Counted from the stretch's first letter, positions 39,701-48,483 are shown. The stretch is 64,000 nt of DNA from an uncultured Chloroflexia bacterium (GCA_963706695.1 CAVPNC010000013.1:16348-80347); one strand, 5' to 3'. Made by a program: numbers and translations. Notes: generated from the letters alone by a model not told the origin.

Positions 39701-41870
39701 CGTCCGCGCCGAACCGCTGCGCATCGAACCACGTGGTATCGAAGCGGTAGAGGCGACCGGCAGGATCGGCCGCGTAGAGGAGGTGATCGTCGCCGTCCAC
39801 GGCCACGGCAGAAGCAGCCAGGGGCAGCTCCTCGAGCAGCTCGCGTGTGGCCAGGTCGTAGACGCCCAGGCGGTCGCCAGCGGCCACGTAGAGGCGATCG
39901 CCGTTGCGGCGACCTTCGTCGTCGTCAGGGGCCCAGCGCGCCTCGATGGCGGCGTCCTCGGCGTTCATGCCCAGATCGGCCGTACCGGTGACCTCGTTGC
40001 CACCGGCAAGGCGGATGCCCCAGGCCATGGCGTACTTGGCCAGGTGTGGATGGGTGAACTCGTAGATATCGTGCGGCTGGCCGTACTCCCACTGCTGCAG
40101 GAACTCGGCGGCGGTGCGCGCGTGGTAGACCTCGTCGAAGTACATGCGCGTCGGCTGGTCCAGCCGGAAGCCACGCAGCGTCAGCGTCAGCACCACCAGC
40201 ACCACCAGCACCAGCAGGTCCAGCCGGTCGATACGCCCACCGGGCTCGAAGCGCAGGAGCTCGCTGCGATCTCGGCGCAGCGAGCCCCATGAGAGACGGG
40301 CCACGAGATGGTCGAGCAGGCTGAGCTGCGCCGGTGTCGGCGGTGCCGGGGCGGGAGCCGCAGGATAGGCCGACGGCGGGACCGGGGCGGTGGCCCCCGC
40401 GGGGCCGGGCGGGACCGGGGCAGGAGCCTGAACCGGGCGTCCTGCGGCGTCCGGTGCGGCGCGAGCATGGAAGGCATCGGGGCTGGTGCGCAGTCCGGGA
40501 CGCAGCTGCAGGGCCACCCACAGGCCCACACCCGTCTGCAGCAGGGCTGAGAGCGTGATCAGCGGCTGCGTCCGGAACCACTCACCGAGGGGCAGGGTCT
40601 CGACGTTGGCGGTGCCGTAGAGCGGGAGCGTGAGGATGGCGTGGAGGTTGATGAAGGCCCCCACGCTCAGCAACAGCAGCGCCACCGCCCAGCGGCCGCT
40701 GACGACGGCCAGGAGGGGCATCAGGGCCACGGCCGGGAAGATGTAGCGCTCGTGGACGCGCGTGGGCAGGATGAAGAAGGCGATGGCCAGGAAGGTCACC
40801 GCCACGATGAGCGTCCAGCGGTCGTCGCGAACCGCGCCGCGGAACACGCCCCAGGCGAAGCCGACCGCCAGCAGCGCGGCCCCGATGGCCACTCCCGGGA
40901 TGGGGCCCAGGAGACCAACGGTGTCGTCGCTCCAGCGCAGGGCGGCGGCCAGCGAGGGCTCGCCACCAGCGCCCACCAGGGCCCAGCCGTTGAAGGCGTT
41001 GACGCTGAGGTAGCCGTAGCCGCCGGCCGTGCCGAACATGCGCTCGAGGTACTCGAGCGGCCCCATGCCGAAGGGCAGGGCGATGACGAAGAACGCGGCC
41101 CAGGCCGCAACCAGCGCCGTCAGCAGGCGGATCGGCCCCTGATGCGTGGAAAGCCAGGCCGCCAGTCGTCGCGGCGCCCAGGGCTCGTGCCGCGGGCCCG
41201 ACCCCGATCGCAGGAGGTGGCGCTTGATGAGCACCGCCGCCACGATGGGGATGAGCACGACCCCGAACTGGGGCTTGACCAGCGCGGCCGTGGCGGCGAA
41301 GGCGGCCGCGCCCTCGCTGTTGCCACGGATGAGGGCAGCCAGGCCCAGCAGGATCACCAGCGCGCCGGCGGCATCGGTCTGGCCCCACAGGGCCGAGTCG
41401 TAGAAGGAGACGGGGTTGAAGACGTAGAGCGCGGCTGCCGCCAGGGCCAGCGCTTCGCTGCGGGAGCCCGGCCAGGTCCAGCCCCGGACGAGACGGTAGA
41501 GCACGTAGCCGACGGCGACATCGAGCAGGATGGGTGGAAGCTTGATCAGCTCGGTGGCGCTGACCGCTGCGCCCGAGAGCGTGCCCACCAGCCACAGCGC
41601 GTAGAGGTAGGCCGGCGGATAGTCGGCGAAGCCGGCGTTGGCGTAGAAGCCGGCCGGCCCGTGCTCCGCCATCGAGCCGGCCCACGAGGCGTACGACGAG
41701 AGGTCCGACTCGAAGCCAGAACCGGGGAACAGCACATAGGCGATGACCAGCCGCAGCGCCAGGCCTGCGAGCAGCAGGACCACGATGGCGGGGCTCAGGG
41801 CGAGCGCGGACAGGGGGCGGACCGGCTCTCCGGGGCTACGGCCGACCCCACCCACCGGGGTAGAAGTCAC
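36768..41870 (-). CDS. 1700-aa polytopic membrane protein with two GT-C-type glycosyltransferase modules (N-terminal DUF2029/PIG-V-like; C-terminal PMT/GT39-like with a large repeat-rich insert)
   Basis: N-module: FESDLSSYASWAG...FADYPPAYLYALW plus about 10 TM helices. A Pro-rich linker follows. C-module: MYFDEVYHARTA..THPHLAKY, an insert of about 430 aa, then GNAFGWRVPG and a PMT C-terminal signature HAASSPWWAWPLDLKPVWF. Confidence 0.75.
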   Translation of the reverse strand: MTSTPVGGVGRSPGEPVRPLSALALSPAIVVLLLAGLALRLVIAYVLFPGSGFESDLSSYASWAGSMAEHGPAGFYANAGFADYPPAYLYALWLVGTLSGAAVSATELIKLPPILLDVAVGYVLYRLVRGWTWPGSRSEALALAAAALYVFNPVSFYDSALWGQTDAAGALVILLGLAALIRGNSEGAAAFAATAALVKPQFGVVLIPIVAAVLIKRHLLRSGSGPRHEPWAPRRLAAWLSTHQGPIRLLTALVAAWAAFFVIALPFGMGPLEYLERMFGTAGGYGYLSVNAFNGWALVGAGGEPSLAAALRWSDDTVGLLGPIPGVAIGAALLAVGFAWGVFRGAVRDDRWTLIVAVTFLAIAFFILPTRVHERYIFPAVALMPLLAVVSGRWAVALLLLSVGAFINLHAILTLPLYGTANVETLPLGEWFRTQPLITLSALLQTGVGLWVALQLRPGLRTSPDAFHARAAPDAAGRPVQAPAPVPPGPAGATAPVPPSAYPAAPAPAPPTPAQLSLLDHLVARLSWGSLRRDRSELLRFEPGGRIDRLDLLVLVVLVVLTLTLRGFRLDQPTRMYFDEVYHARTAAEFLQQWEYGQPHDIYEFTHPHLAKYAMAWGIRLAGGNEVTGTADLGMNAEDAAIEARWAPDDDEGRRNGDRLYVAAGDRLGVYDLATRELLEELPLAASAVAVDGDDHLLYAADPAGRLYRFDTTWFDAQRFGADADPAAIVDAAIPFSFGPGAPVQRLLVTDTALVAVTLGSIASFDTDTGELLSERLAVGVEDVVELPWAERLIVDTRALPDRKATADLLASVLDDDPGRLTELLARDGFVTILAWPDADTVEGLSAFIEDGRLPGAELESAPLLAVADAAGVDILDVWSLDPLDTIPTDEPARALALAEPDSDEPTLYVAAGPALETISVSDDGLALPESVWMPGAVEGLVWNGSAELMHALGVAPSGGPTVYVVEPKGRSVFIDVPLPHQPRILLADSLSERPDADRSELLAIAGDGRVAGIDIGGNAFGWRVPGVLLGALTAALAYLLARVLFARRSIGLITAGLVLGEGMLFANARIAMNDVYVTAFVLLAVLLLAPLYLAPRRPWTAAGLVAGAGVALGLALASKWVALYAIGGLGLLVLLRSALGRALALLVMVGMTAVLGTMAIRPEAGSEVVRNWVFLVLMLVLTGLLTAGIIRRPIPWTKVEVILAVALPLAAGVALWLLQLAVLGGLSMVIGVAVAVVALIAAMAGHGPWAVGARGPAPGTSAWLRPGPVHVLPWLLTMAALTVLPVIVYLVTYSPWVELGNDWGVPLLGSLPFLAEGTEGGRTIAALTESMYQYHDNLRAEHAASSPWWAWPLDLKPVWFFQGRYSDGTTGLIYDTGNLVIFWLGIAGIGFSAWAAWRRRSLALTMVVLMWAAMWLPWARVDRAAFQYHVYASLPFMLLALAYFLGELWHGPSWRVWFLARASAASAIVAIPLLWLLRTPLCIISGTAVAHPDGVACASQVTRTAQLSEGGVAALFVVGAGAAMAGLIGWRASRADPGRQGRWVVALVAVALATLTGVVGALLALDTASTAGVTLSSDVLALLGLIVLALPAAAVLRARDPRRLVVGILAAAGIWLLLWYPNIAGLPLPADLAHLYQGLLPTWNWDFQFSVNTDPASDDGIFEPAMLVLGGVTVLFVLAVAVAARRWGADAGHTPDPRG

Positions 41871-41973
41871 CGACGACGTCCTGCCTCCTGGGAAAGCGTG
41901 GAAGTGGCGCCGAGTATATCAACGGACCTCGGGAGCACCCTCGTTGCGCCCGGTACGGTAGTTTGGCGCGAGC

Positions 41974-43347
41974 ATGCTCACCGACGCCGCGCCTGAAGCA
42001 CCGCCCCTCGAGACCGGTCCCGGTGCTCGGCTGGAGTCGCTCTTGTGGCGGGTCGACCCGGTGTGGGTCTCGGTGGCACTCTTCGGTCTCGCGCTCGTCG
42101 TCTATCTCGGCTCCAACCCGGTCCGCAACGACTTCTACGACCACTTCGTGTGGCAGGCCGACGCCTTCCTCCAGGGCCGCGCGGAGATCGAGTACCCGGT
42201 CGTCGAGGGCCCCTTCCAGAACGGCCACTTCCAGGATGTGCTGCCGGTGGCCCCCGACCGCGCCCAGATCCCGTTCCCGCCCCTGCCAGCGGTGGTGCTC
42301 ATGCCCTTCGTGGCCGTGTGGGGCCTGGGCACCAATGGCGCGGCGGTGGCGGCCGTGCTCGGGGCGCTCAACGTGGTCCTCTGCTGGGTCATGCTCCTGG
42401 GCGTGACGCCGCGCCGGTCGGCGGCGCTGCTGGGCACGCTCTTCTACGCCTTCGGCACGGTGGCCTGGTACGCGGCCATGCTGGGCACGACCTGGTTCCT
42501 GGCGCATGTGGTGGCCTCGACCTTCCTCTTCATCGCCATCGCCACAGCCGTACGCGCCGACACCGCCGCGATGCGCGCCCAGGCCGTCGGTGGTGGACAT
42601 GCGGCCGGCCGTCAGCTGGCGGCCGGCCTTGCCTTCGGGGCGGCCGTGACCGCGCGCCTGACCACCATCGTGGCCGCGCCCTTCTTCGTCTTCGTCGGTG
42701 GTGGACGTGGCTGGTTCGGGCGCGCCCTTGCGGCCGGGGTCGGCGCGCTCATGCCCGTGCTGCTGCTGCTGGGCTACAACCTCGTCACGACCGGCGAGCT
42801 CTTCCATCCGGCCTACGACTACCTCTACGAGGTCGAGTACCGCCCCAGACCAGAGCTGGTGAACCCGGATTGGGCAGCGGAGGACCCCCGCTACATCCCC
42901 CAGAACATCGGCATCATGCTGGGCGCGCTGCCGGTCTCACCCTTGCTTGACGATCCCGCCTGCGCTCTCCAGCCGTTGACGCTGGGCTCGCTCTTCGACC
43001 GCGCTTGTCCGATCCTGCAGCCGGACCCGCTGGGCATGAGCCTCCTGCTGACGAGCCCGGCCTACCTCCTGGCCCTGCCGGTCCTGCTCTCCGACTGGCG
43101 GCGACGACTGGTGGCCGGGGCGGCGCTGGCGGTGCTGGCCGTGGCCCTCGCGGACCTCATGCACTTCAGCCAGGGCTGGGTCCAGTTCGGCTATCGCTTC
43201 AGCAACGACTTCGCGCCCTTCGCGACGGTGCTGGTGGCGCTCGGCATCGCCCGCCTGCGTTCGGGCTGGCTCCCGATCGCGCTCGTGGTCGCCTCCATCG
43301 TGGTCAACGCCTGGGGTGTCACCTGGGGCGTCACGCTGGGGTGGTAG
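41974..43347 (+). CDS. GT-C-fold membrane glycosyltransferase (ArnT/PMT-like, family uncertain)
   Basis: 457 aa, about 11 TM helices. The first periplasmic loop carries acidic/aromatic residues (NDFYDHFVWQADAFLQG). Divergent from the giant GT-C gene. Confidence 0.6.
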   Translation: MLTDAAPEAPPLETGPGARLESLLWRVDPVWVSVALFGLALVVYLGSNPVRNDFYDHFVWQADAFLQGRAEIEYPVVEGPFQNGHFQDVLPVAPDRAQIPFPPLPAVVLMPFVAVWGLGTNGAAVAAVLGALNVVLCWVMLLGVTPRRSAALLGTLFYAFGTVAWYAAMLGTTWFLAHVVASTFLFIAIATAVRADTAAMRAQAVGGGHAAGRQLAAGLAFGAAVTARLTTIVAAPFFVFVGGGRGWFGRALAAGVGALMPVLLLLGYNLVTTGELFHPAYDYLYEVEYRPRPELVNPDWAAEDPRYIPQNIGIMLGALPVSPLLDDPACALQPLTLGSLFDRACPILQPDPLGMSLLLTSPAYLLALPVLLSDWRRRLVAGAALAVLAVALADLMHFSQGWVQFGYRFSNDFAPFATVLVALGIARLRSGWLPIALVVASIVVNAWGVTWGVTLGW

Positions 43348-44882
43348 CCACCGAGGCTCCGGGCGCACGCGCGTCCGACTACGCACTCGCGGCCCTGCCG
43401 GTGATGATGGGTGCCCTCGCGCTCTACATGTCGACCCTGTTGCCCGACGTGGGCGTGTGGGACACGGCCGAGTTCCAGGCCTTGGGTCCGGTGCTGGGCA
43501 CCGCGCACCCCACCGGCTACCCCACCTACACCCTGCTCCTGTGGCTGGCCTCGGTGGTGCTGCAGCCCCTGGGCAACGAGGCCTACCGGGCTGACCTGCT
43601 CTCGGCCCTGCTCATGGCCGGTGCGTCCGCCCTGCTGGCGGTGCGCGTCGTCATGGCCACGAGGCGCTGGGCCCTGGGCCTCGCCACGGGCGCGATCTTC
43701 GCCCTCACACCGGTGGCCTGGACGTGGGGGCTACGGGCCGATCCGCACGCCCTCCACGTCTTCGTGGCCGCGTTGCTGCTGGTCCTGCTCGGTGTGTGGC
43801 AGGCACGGGAGGGCCGCGCCCCGGGCGACGGCGCTCGCTGGCTGCTGGCGGCGGCCGTGGTCTATGGACTGGCCCTGGGCAACCACGCCCTGACCCTGCT
43901 GCTGGCGCCCGGCATCGCGGTCTACGTCCTGCTGGTGTCGCCGCGCATCCTGCGGCGTCAGTGGCGGCTCGTGCTCGCCTGCGCGGCCGCGCTGCTGCTG
44001 GCGGCGGCATCGGTCTACCTCTACCTGCCCCTGCGCTCGGCCATGGACCCGGCACTCGACTACGCCGACCCCCAGACCTGGGAGCGCTTCTGGTACGTGG
44101 TCCTGGGCGAGCAGTTCCAGGGCTCCTACGGACCGCTACCGGCGCTGGCGGAGCTGCTCGGCGGTGTCTGGGACGAGCTCGTGCGTAACGTCGGCCTGCT
44201 GGCCAGCCTGGCGCTGGCCGGAGCCCTGCTGGGCCTGTTGCGCCACCCGCGCCTGACGGTGTTGGCGCTGCTCTGGTTCGGGGGCACCTGGCTCTTCGCC
44301 GTGGGCTACCCCAACGCCGCCATCGAGCGCTACTACCTGGTGCCCCTCCTGACCGCTGCGCTGGCGGTGGGGCTGGCGGCCGACGCGGTCTGGGACGCCC
44401 TGCGCGACCTGCTGGCGCGAAGCGGTCACGCGCTCGGCTACCGCCTGGCCACGAGCGCCCTCGTGCTGCTGCTGCTGGGCCTGGCCGTCGCGCCCGCCCT
44501 CGAGCGCCGTGAGGCCATCGACGCGAGCGGCGACAGCTGGGGCCGGCAGATCCTCGAGTCCACCTTCGAGGTGGTCGAGCCGAAAGCCGTGATCATCTCG
44601 TGGTGGTCGTACTCGACACCGCTGTGGTACGGCCAGCACGTGGAGGGGCGCCGTCCTGACGTGACCGTCATCGATGACCGCGACATCCTCGATGACGGAT
44701 ACGGCGATGTGACCGCTGCCATCGAGGCCCACCTCGGTGAGCGCCCGGTCTATGTCATCCGCCTCGACCGTGACCTGCAGGCCCTGCGCGAGTCCTACAG
44801 GCTGGAGCCAGTGATGGGCGTGCCCTTGGAGATGTACAGGGTGGAGGCGGGGCGCACGGACGCCGGAGGTCCGGCCGACTAG
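43341..44882 (+). CDS. DUF2723/TMEM260-like GT-C glycosyltransferase
   Basis: DVGVWDTAEFQALGPVLGTAHPTGYPTYTLLLW matches the DUF2723 signature (D..E......G.aHPpGYP). Multi-TM N-half and soluble C-half. The GTG at 43341 overlaps the upstream stop; the 5' part of the track ORF (43005..) is a shadow frame. Confidence 0.72.
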   Translation: MVATEAPGARASDYALAALPVMMGALALYMSTLLPDVGVWDTAEFQALGPVLGTAHPTGYPTYTLLLWLASVVLQPLGNEAYRADLLSALLMAGASALLAVRVVMATRRWALGLATGAIFALTPVAWTWGLRADPHALHVFVAALLLVLLGVWQAREGRAPGDGARWLLAAAVVYGLALGNHALTLLLAPGIAVYVLLVSPRILRRQWRLVLACAAALLLAAASVYLYLPLRSAMDPALDYADPQTWERFWYVVLGEQFQGSYGPLPALAELLGGVWDELVRNVGLLASLALAGALLGLLRHPRLTVLALLWFGGTWLFAVGYPNAAIERYYLVPLLTAALAVGLAADAVWDALRDLLARSGHALGYRLATSALVLLLLGLAVAPALERREAIDASGDSWGRQILESTFEVVEPKAVIISWWSYSTPLWYGQHVEGRRPDVTVIDDRDILDDGYGDVTAAIEAHLGERPVYVIRLDRDLQALRESYRLEPVMGVPLEMYRVEAGRTDAGGPAD

Positions 44883-44891
44883 GATTGGAAC

Positions 44892-45708
44892 GTGGCCGAC
44901 CCCAACACCGCCCCCGACCCAGCGCCGAACGCGCACGTCGAGGCCCTGAGCTACTTCTTCCCCGCGCACGACGAGGCCGAGAACATCGAAGCCCTGGTGG
45001 AGGAGGCCCTGGTGGACCTCGGGCCCATCGCGGAGCGGTTCGAGATCATCGCCGTGGACGACGGCAGCACCGACGGCACCGACCGAGATCGCCGATCGGC
45101 TCGCCGCGCTGCACCCCGATGTCGTACGTGTCGTGCACCATCCCCGCAACCAGGGCTACGGGGCGGCCGTACGATCCGGCCTGGCCGCTGCTCGCTATCC
45201 GCTGGTCTGCTTCACCGACGGCGATCGCCAGTTCCGCGTCGCTGACCTGGCCCGGCTGACCGCACGTCTCGACGAGACGGACCGGGATGGACGCACCCCC
45301 GACGTCGTGGCCGGCTACCGCATCAAGCGCGCCGACCCTGCCGTCCGCCTGGCCTACGCCCGCACCTACCGGGCCATGCTGCGCCTCTTCTTCGGCCTGC
45401 GCGTGCGCGACCCCGACTGCGCCTGCAAGCTCTTTCGACGAGACGCGCTCGAAGGCGTGGCCGTCGAGTCTGGTGGCGCCTTCCTGTCGGCGGAGCTGCT
45501 CATCAAGATCGGCGCCCGCGGCCAGATCATCGTGGAGCAGGGCGTGCCCCACTACCCGCGCACAGCGGGGCGCGCGTCAGGCGCGGACCCGCGCGTGGTC
45601 TTGCGAGCGGTCCGCGACTTCTGGTCTCTGCGCCTGCGCCTGTGGGCCGACAAGGACAAGGCGCTCGAGCGCGGCGAGCCCGTCATCGGAGAGGCCGGCG
45701 AAGGCTAG
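44892..45708 (+). pseudogene. GT2 polyprenol-phosphate glycosyl(mannosyl)transferase (Ppm1/DPM1-like) interrupted by a +1 frameshift near 45081
   Basis: Frame 0 gives SYFFPAHDEAENI...IIAVDDGSTDGT and then nonsense. Frame +1, from 45082, gives TEIADRLAALHPDVVRVVHHPRNQGYGAAVRSGL...FTDGDRQF...CACKLFRR. A single extra base lies in ggcacc-g-accgag. Confidence 0.7.
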
Positions 45709-45768
45709 CGCGTGTCTTCGGGCCCCTCACCGAGTCGATCGTCGAGCGGGCGGTCATCGTCAGCGACC

Positions 45769-46308
45769 TCAGGCTCCGACTCGTCGGGCAGGGAGCGTGT
45801 CGGAGGGGCTGGGCGGACGTGAGCCACCCTCGGGCGGATCGCTCTCGAGCGAGTTCACGAACTCGCGGAAGACGCTCAGCTTCTCGTCCTCGTCAGCCTC
45901 GGGCATGACCCCGGCGCGATCCAGCACCGCCTCGGTGGCGAAGATGGGCGCCGCCGTGCGCACGGCGAGCGCGATGGCATCGCTGGGCCGAGAGTCGATC
46001 TCGAAGTCGTCGCCACCCTGAACCAGCACGATGCGGGCACGGAAGGTCTCGTCGGCCAGGTCGGAGACGATGATGTGGCGCACGCTCACGCCCAGGTCGT
46101 CAAGCATGGTCGCGAGCAGGTCGTGGGTGAGCGGTCGCTCGGCCTCCACGCCCTGCAGGCGCATGGCGATGGACTGCGCCTCCCACGAGCCGATCCAGAT
46201 CGGCAGGTAGCGCTGGGCGTCAGCCTCGCGCAGGATGACTACGTGCTGCGAGGAGAGCATGTGGACCCTGACGCTCTCGACGACCATCTCTCGTGCTGCC
46301 TGCGGCAT
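45769..46308 (-). CDS. bifunctional nuclease family protein (DUF151/BFN)
   Basis: VVILRE...RYLPIWIGSWEAQSIA...RPLTHDLL...IDSRPSDAIALAVR, typical of the BFN domain. Confidence 0.8.
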   Translation of the reverse strand: MPQAAREMVVESVRVHMLSSQHVVILREADAQRYLPIWIGSWEAQSIAMRLQGVEAERPLTHDLLATMLDDLGVSVRHIIVSDLADETFRARIVLVQGGDDFEIDSRPSDAIALAVRTAAPIFATEAVLDRAGVMPEADEDEKLSVFREFVNSLESDPPEGGSRPPSPSDTLPARRVGA

Positions 46309-46350
46309 GGGCTGATTCTAGCGGCGGCGGCCGGGTACGGCGGCTCCGAC

Positions 46351-48471
46351 CTACCCCCCGACCGCGAGGGTCGTCTTGTAGATACCCTCAGGCGTGATCC
46401 ACACCAGCTGATCGTTCTTGCGCTTCGTCTGCTTCTTGTTGAGGCCGCCTTCGATGACGTACATGCCGCGCACGTCCTCCATCTGCGTCCCGCCGTTGGC
46501 AGGCCGCCACTGCCCGATGTAGCTGCCGTCGGACTTGTCGAAGGCGACGATGCGGCCGTGCTTGGCGTCGTAGAGGTAGGCCCGCCCGAGCGTGCCCTCG
46601 GAGCCGGATCCGTCGACCATGCGGTACTCGTGGCCCGGACGCAGGTCGCCGTCGTCGGGCAGCTCGTCGAGCGAGAAGTTGCCGTCCCACTTGCCGAACT
46701 CGTAGCGGCGCAGGGTGTCGTTGAAGAGCGTGTACACGTCGAAGTCGATATAGATCTGGTCGATGTCGGCGACCTCGGAGCTGGGCGAGGAGAGCCACGG
46801 GCCGGGTGCCGCGAAGGAGCTGCCATCGAAGTCCTGGGTGTACTTCATGATCTGGTTGAGCGAGGGCTCGGCCACGTAGATGCGGTAGTTGCCGACCGGC
46901 GGGTCGTAGGCCTCGATGTCGCCGTGGCCCTCCTCGAAGCCGGTGCGACCGCGCAGGTTGATCTTGGCGAGGGTGCCGGCGCCGGCCGAGTTGGAGGGGC
47001 TCCAGCGGAAGGGGCGGCCCTTGTCGTCCACGACGATGACGTAGTCGGCCACGGCCAGCTGGGTGGGCGTGTCGATGGTCTTGCCACCACTGGCCTTGTC
47101 CCCGGCCTTGACGATGCTGGCCACGTTGCCCGTCTTGGTGTTGGCGCGGTAGACCGTGCCGTCGTTGCGGTCAAGGTAGACGGCACCGCCTCGGTCGTCA
47201 TCGACGAGATAGGCGGGATCGGGGTTCTTGGGCAGCCTGGCCAGGCGCTCGACGGCCACCTCGTGCGCGTCGTAGAGCCCGTCGAGGCCGCTGGTCACCC
47301 GTGCTTCGAGATCGTCGAGCGCGGCGGCGCTGAGGCCGGTCGCGCGGGCGCGCTCGATCTCCGACCAGGCGTCACGGTAATACTGCAGGGCCGTGCCAGG
47401 CTCCGTGCCCACGAGGTTGTCAGCGCGGTTGGCAGCATCGAGAGCAGCGCCCAGGGCCGTGTCGCTGCCGGCGACCTGGCCGACCTCGCGCACGTCAGCG
47501 CCGCGGGGCACGAGGGCGAGCACCACGCCCACCACCAGGATCACGGCCACCAGGGCCAGCAGGCCCATGGCCGCTCGTCGGCGCGTCTCGGCACGAGAGT
47601 GCACGGCCGTGACCTCGTGGGCGCGAGCGTGTCGATGGGGCATGGCTTCCCAGAAGCGGTCCCGCAGCCCATCGAGGCCGTCGCGCATGCCCAGCATGGC
47701 TGAGCCGACAGCGCCGCCCACCGGCTCCGGCAAGGCTCCCGGCAGATCGCCGTAGGCGTCGCCCACCGCGGCCGTGGCGCGAGCCTGGACGCGAGAGGTC
47801 TGTTCCTTGGCTTCCACCGCGAGGAGGCCGTCCGAGCCGGCCCCACCGGCGGCCACGAAGAGATGGTGCAGGTGCTCGACGGCAGCCTGCGGGTGCAGCG
47901 TGAGGACAGCGCTCTTGAGCTCTTCGGTGCCGACCGTCTCGGTCATGTTGCGCGCCACCAGCAGGAGGGCGTCGCCCACGCTCAGCTCACCGCGCCAGAC
48001 GTCGATCGACAGGCTGTCGTTGCCGGGCAGGCCGGCCGCGGCATTGCGGTCGGGCATGAGCAGGCGCGCCGCGCGTACGAGGTAGGCCTCCGTGCCGCCG
48101 AGGGTGGCGAGGTAGAGCTCGTTGTTGCGGATCACAGCAGCAGCCACACCGAGCGACCCTGGAGGAAGCCCGGCACCCTCGCGGCTGCTGCGCAACCGGC
48201 GATCGGCGGCCTTGATGGCCTTCTCCAGGCAGACCGGCACGCCGGCCGACTCGTCGTAGTAGTACTCGTGGCGGATGGTCTCGGCCACGAGCTTGGTAGC
48301 CTCCCGGGCCCGAGGTCCGGGAATGGCCGAGCCGACGACGATGAAGAGCACGCCCTTGGAGCGTGTCTTCGATCCCGTCGACGGCCGAGTAACGCTGACG
48401 GTGTCGGCTGAGGTCGATAGCCGGTCCCGCTCGCTGATCAATCCATGCTGGATCTCGAGTCGGGTAGCCAT
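46351..48471 (-). CDS. single-pass membrane protein: degenerate PP2C-like cytoplasmic domain + extracytoplasmic repeat domain
   Basis: N-terminal PPM-like fold (VLFIVVGSA...ELYLATLGGTEAYLV...GDALLLVARN...) without the DGMGG metal motif. TM helix AMGLLALVAVILVVGVVLALV. The C-terminal domain is about 390 aa. Confidence 0.55.
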   Translation of the reverse strand: MATRLEIQHGLISERDRLSTSADTVSVTRPSTGSKTRSKGVLFIVVGSAIPGPRAREATKLVAETIRHEYYYDESAGVPVCLEKAIKAADRRLRSSREGAGLPPGSLGVAAAVIRNNELYLATLGGTEAYLVRAARLLMPDRNAAAGLPGNDSLSIDVWRGELSVGDALLLVARNMTETVGTEELKSAVLTLHPQAAVEHLHHLFVAAGGAGSDGLLAVEAKEQTSRVQARATAAVGDAYGDLPGALPEPVGGAVGSAMLGMRDGLDGLRDRFWEAMPHRHARAHEVTAVHSRAETRRRAAMGLLALVAVILVVGVVLALVPRGADVREVGQVAGSDTALGAALDAANRADNLVGTEPGTALQYYRDAWSEIERARATGLSAAALDDLEARVTSGLDGLYDAHEVAVERLARLPKNPDPAYLVDDDRGGAVYLDRNDGTVYRANTKTGNVASIVKAGDKASGGKTIDTPTQLAVADYVIVVDDKGRPFRWSPSNSAGAGTLAKINLRGRTGFEEGHGDIEAYDPPVGNYRIYVAEPSLNQIMKYTQDFDGSSFAAPGPWLSSPSSEVADIDQIYIDFDVYTLFNDTLRRYEFGKWDGNFSLDELPDDGDLRPGHEYRMVDGSGSEGTLGRAYLYDAKHGRIVAFDKSDGSYIGQWRPANGGTQMEDVRGMYVIEGGLNKKQTKRKNDQLVWITPEGIYKTTLAVGG

Positions 48472-48483
48472 GGGCGGCCTAGT

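Noticed and set aside
36789-41996. Alternative-frame ORFs inside and opposite the giant GT-C gene (for example 36789..37832 +, 37069..38511 -, 40582..41685 -, 40641..41996 +).
   Set aside because: They have shadow-frame composition. Only the 36768..41870 minus frame gives continuous TM helices and PMT-type motifs.
44885-45259. Third-frame 124-aa ORF across the GT2 frameshift region.
   Set aside because: Its translation is Arg/Pro-rich nonsense. The GT2 motifs are accounted for by frames 0 and +1 only.
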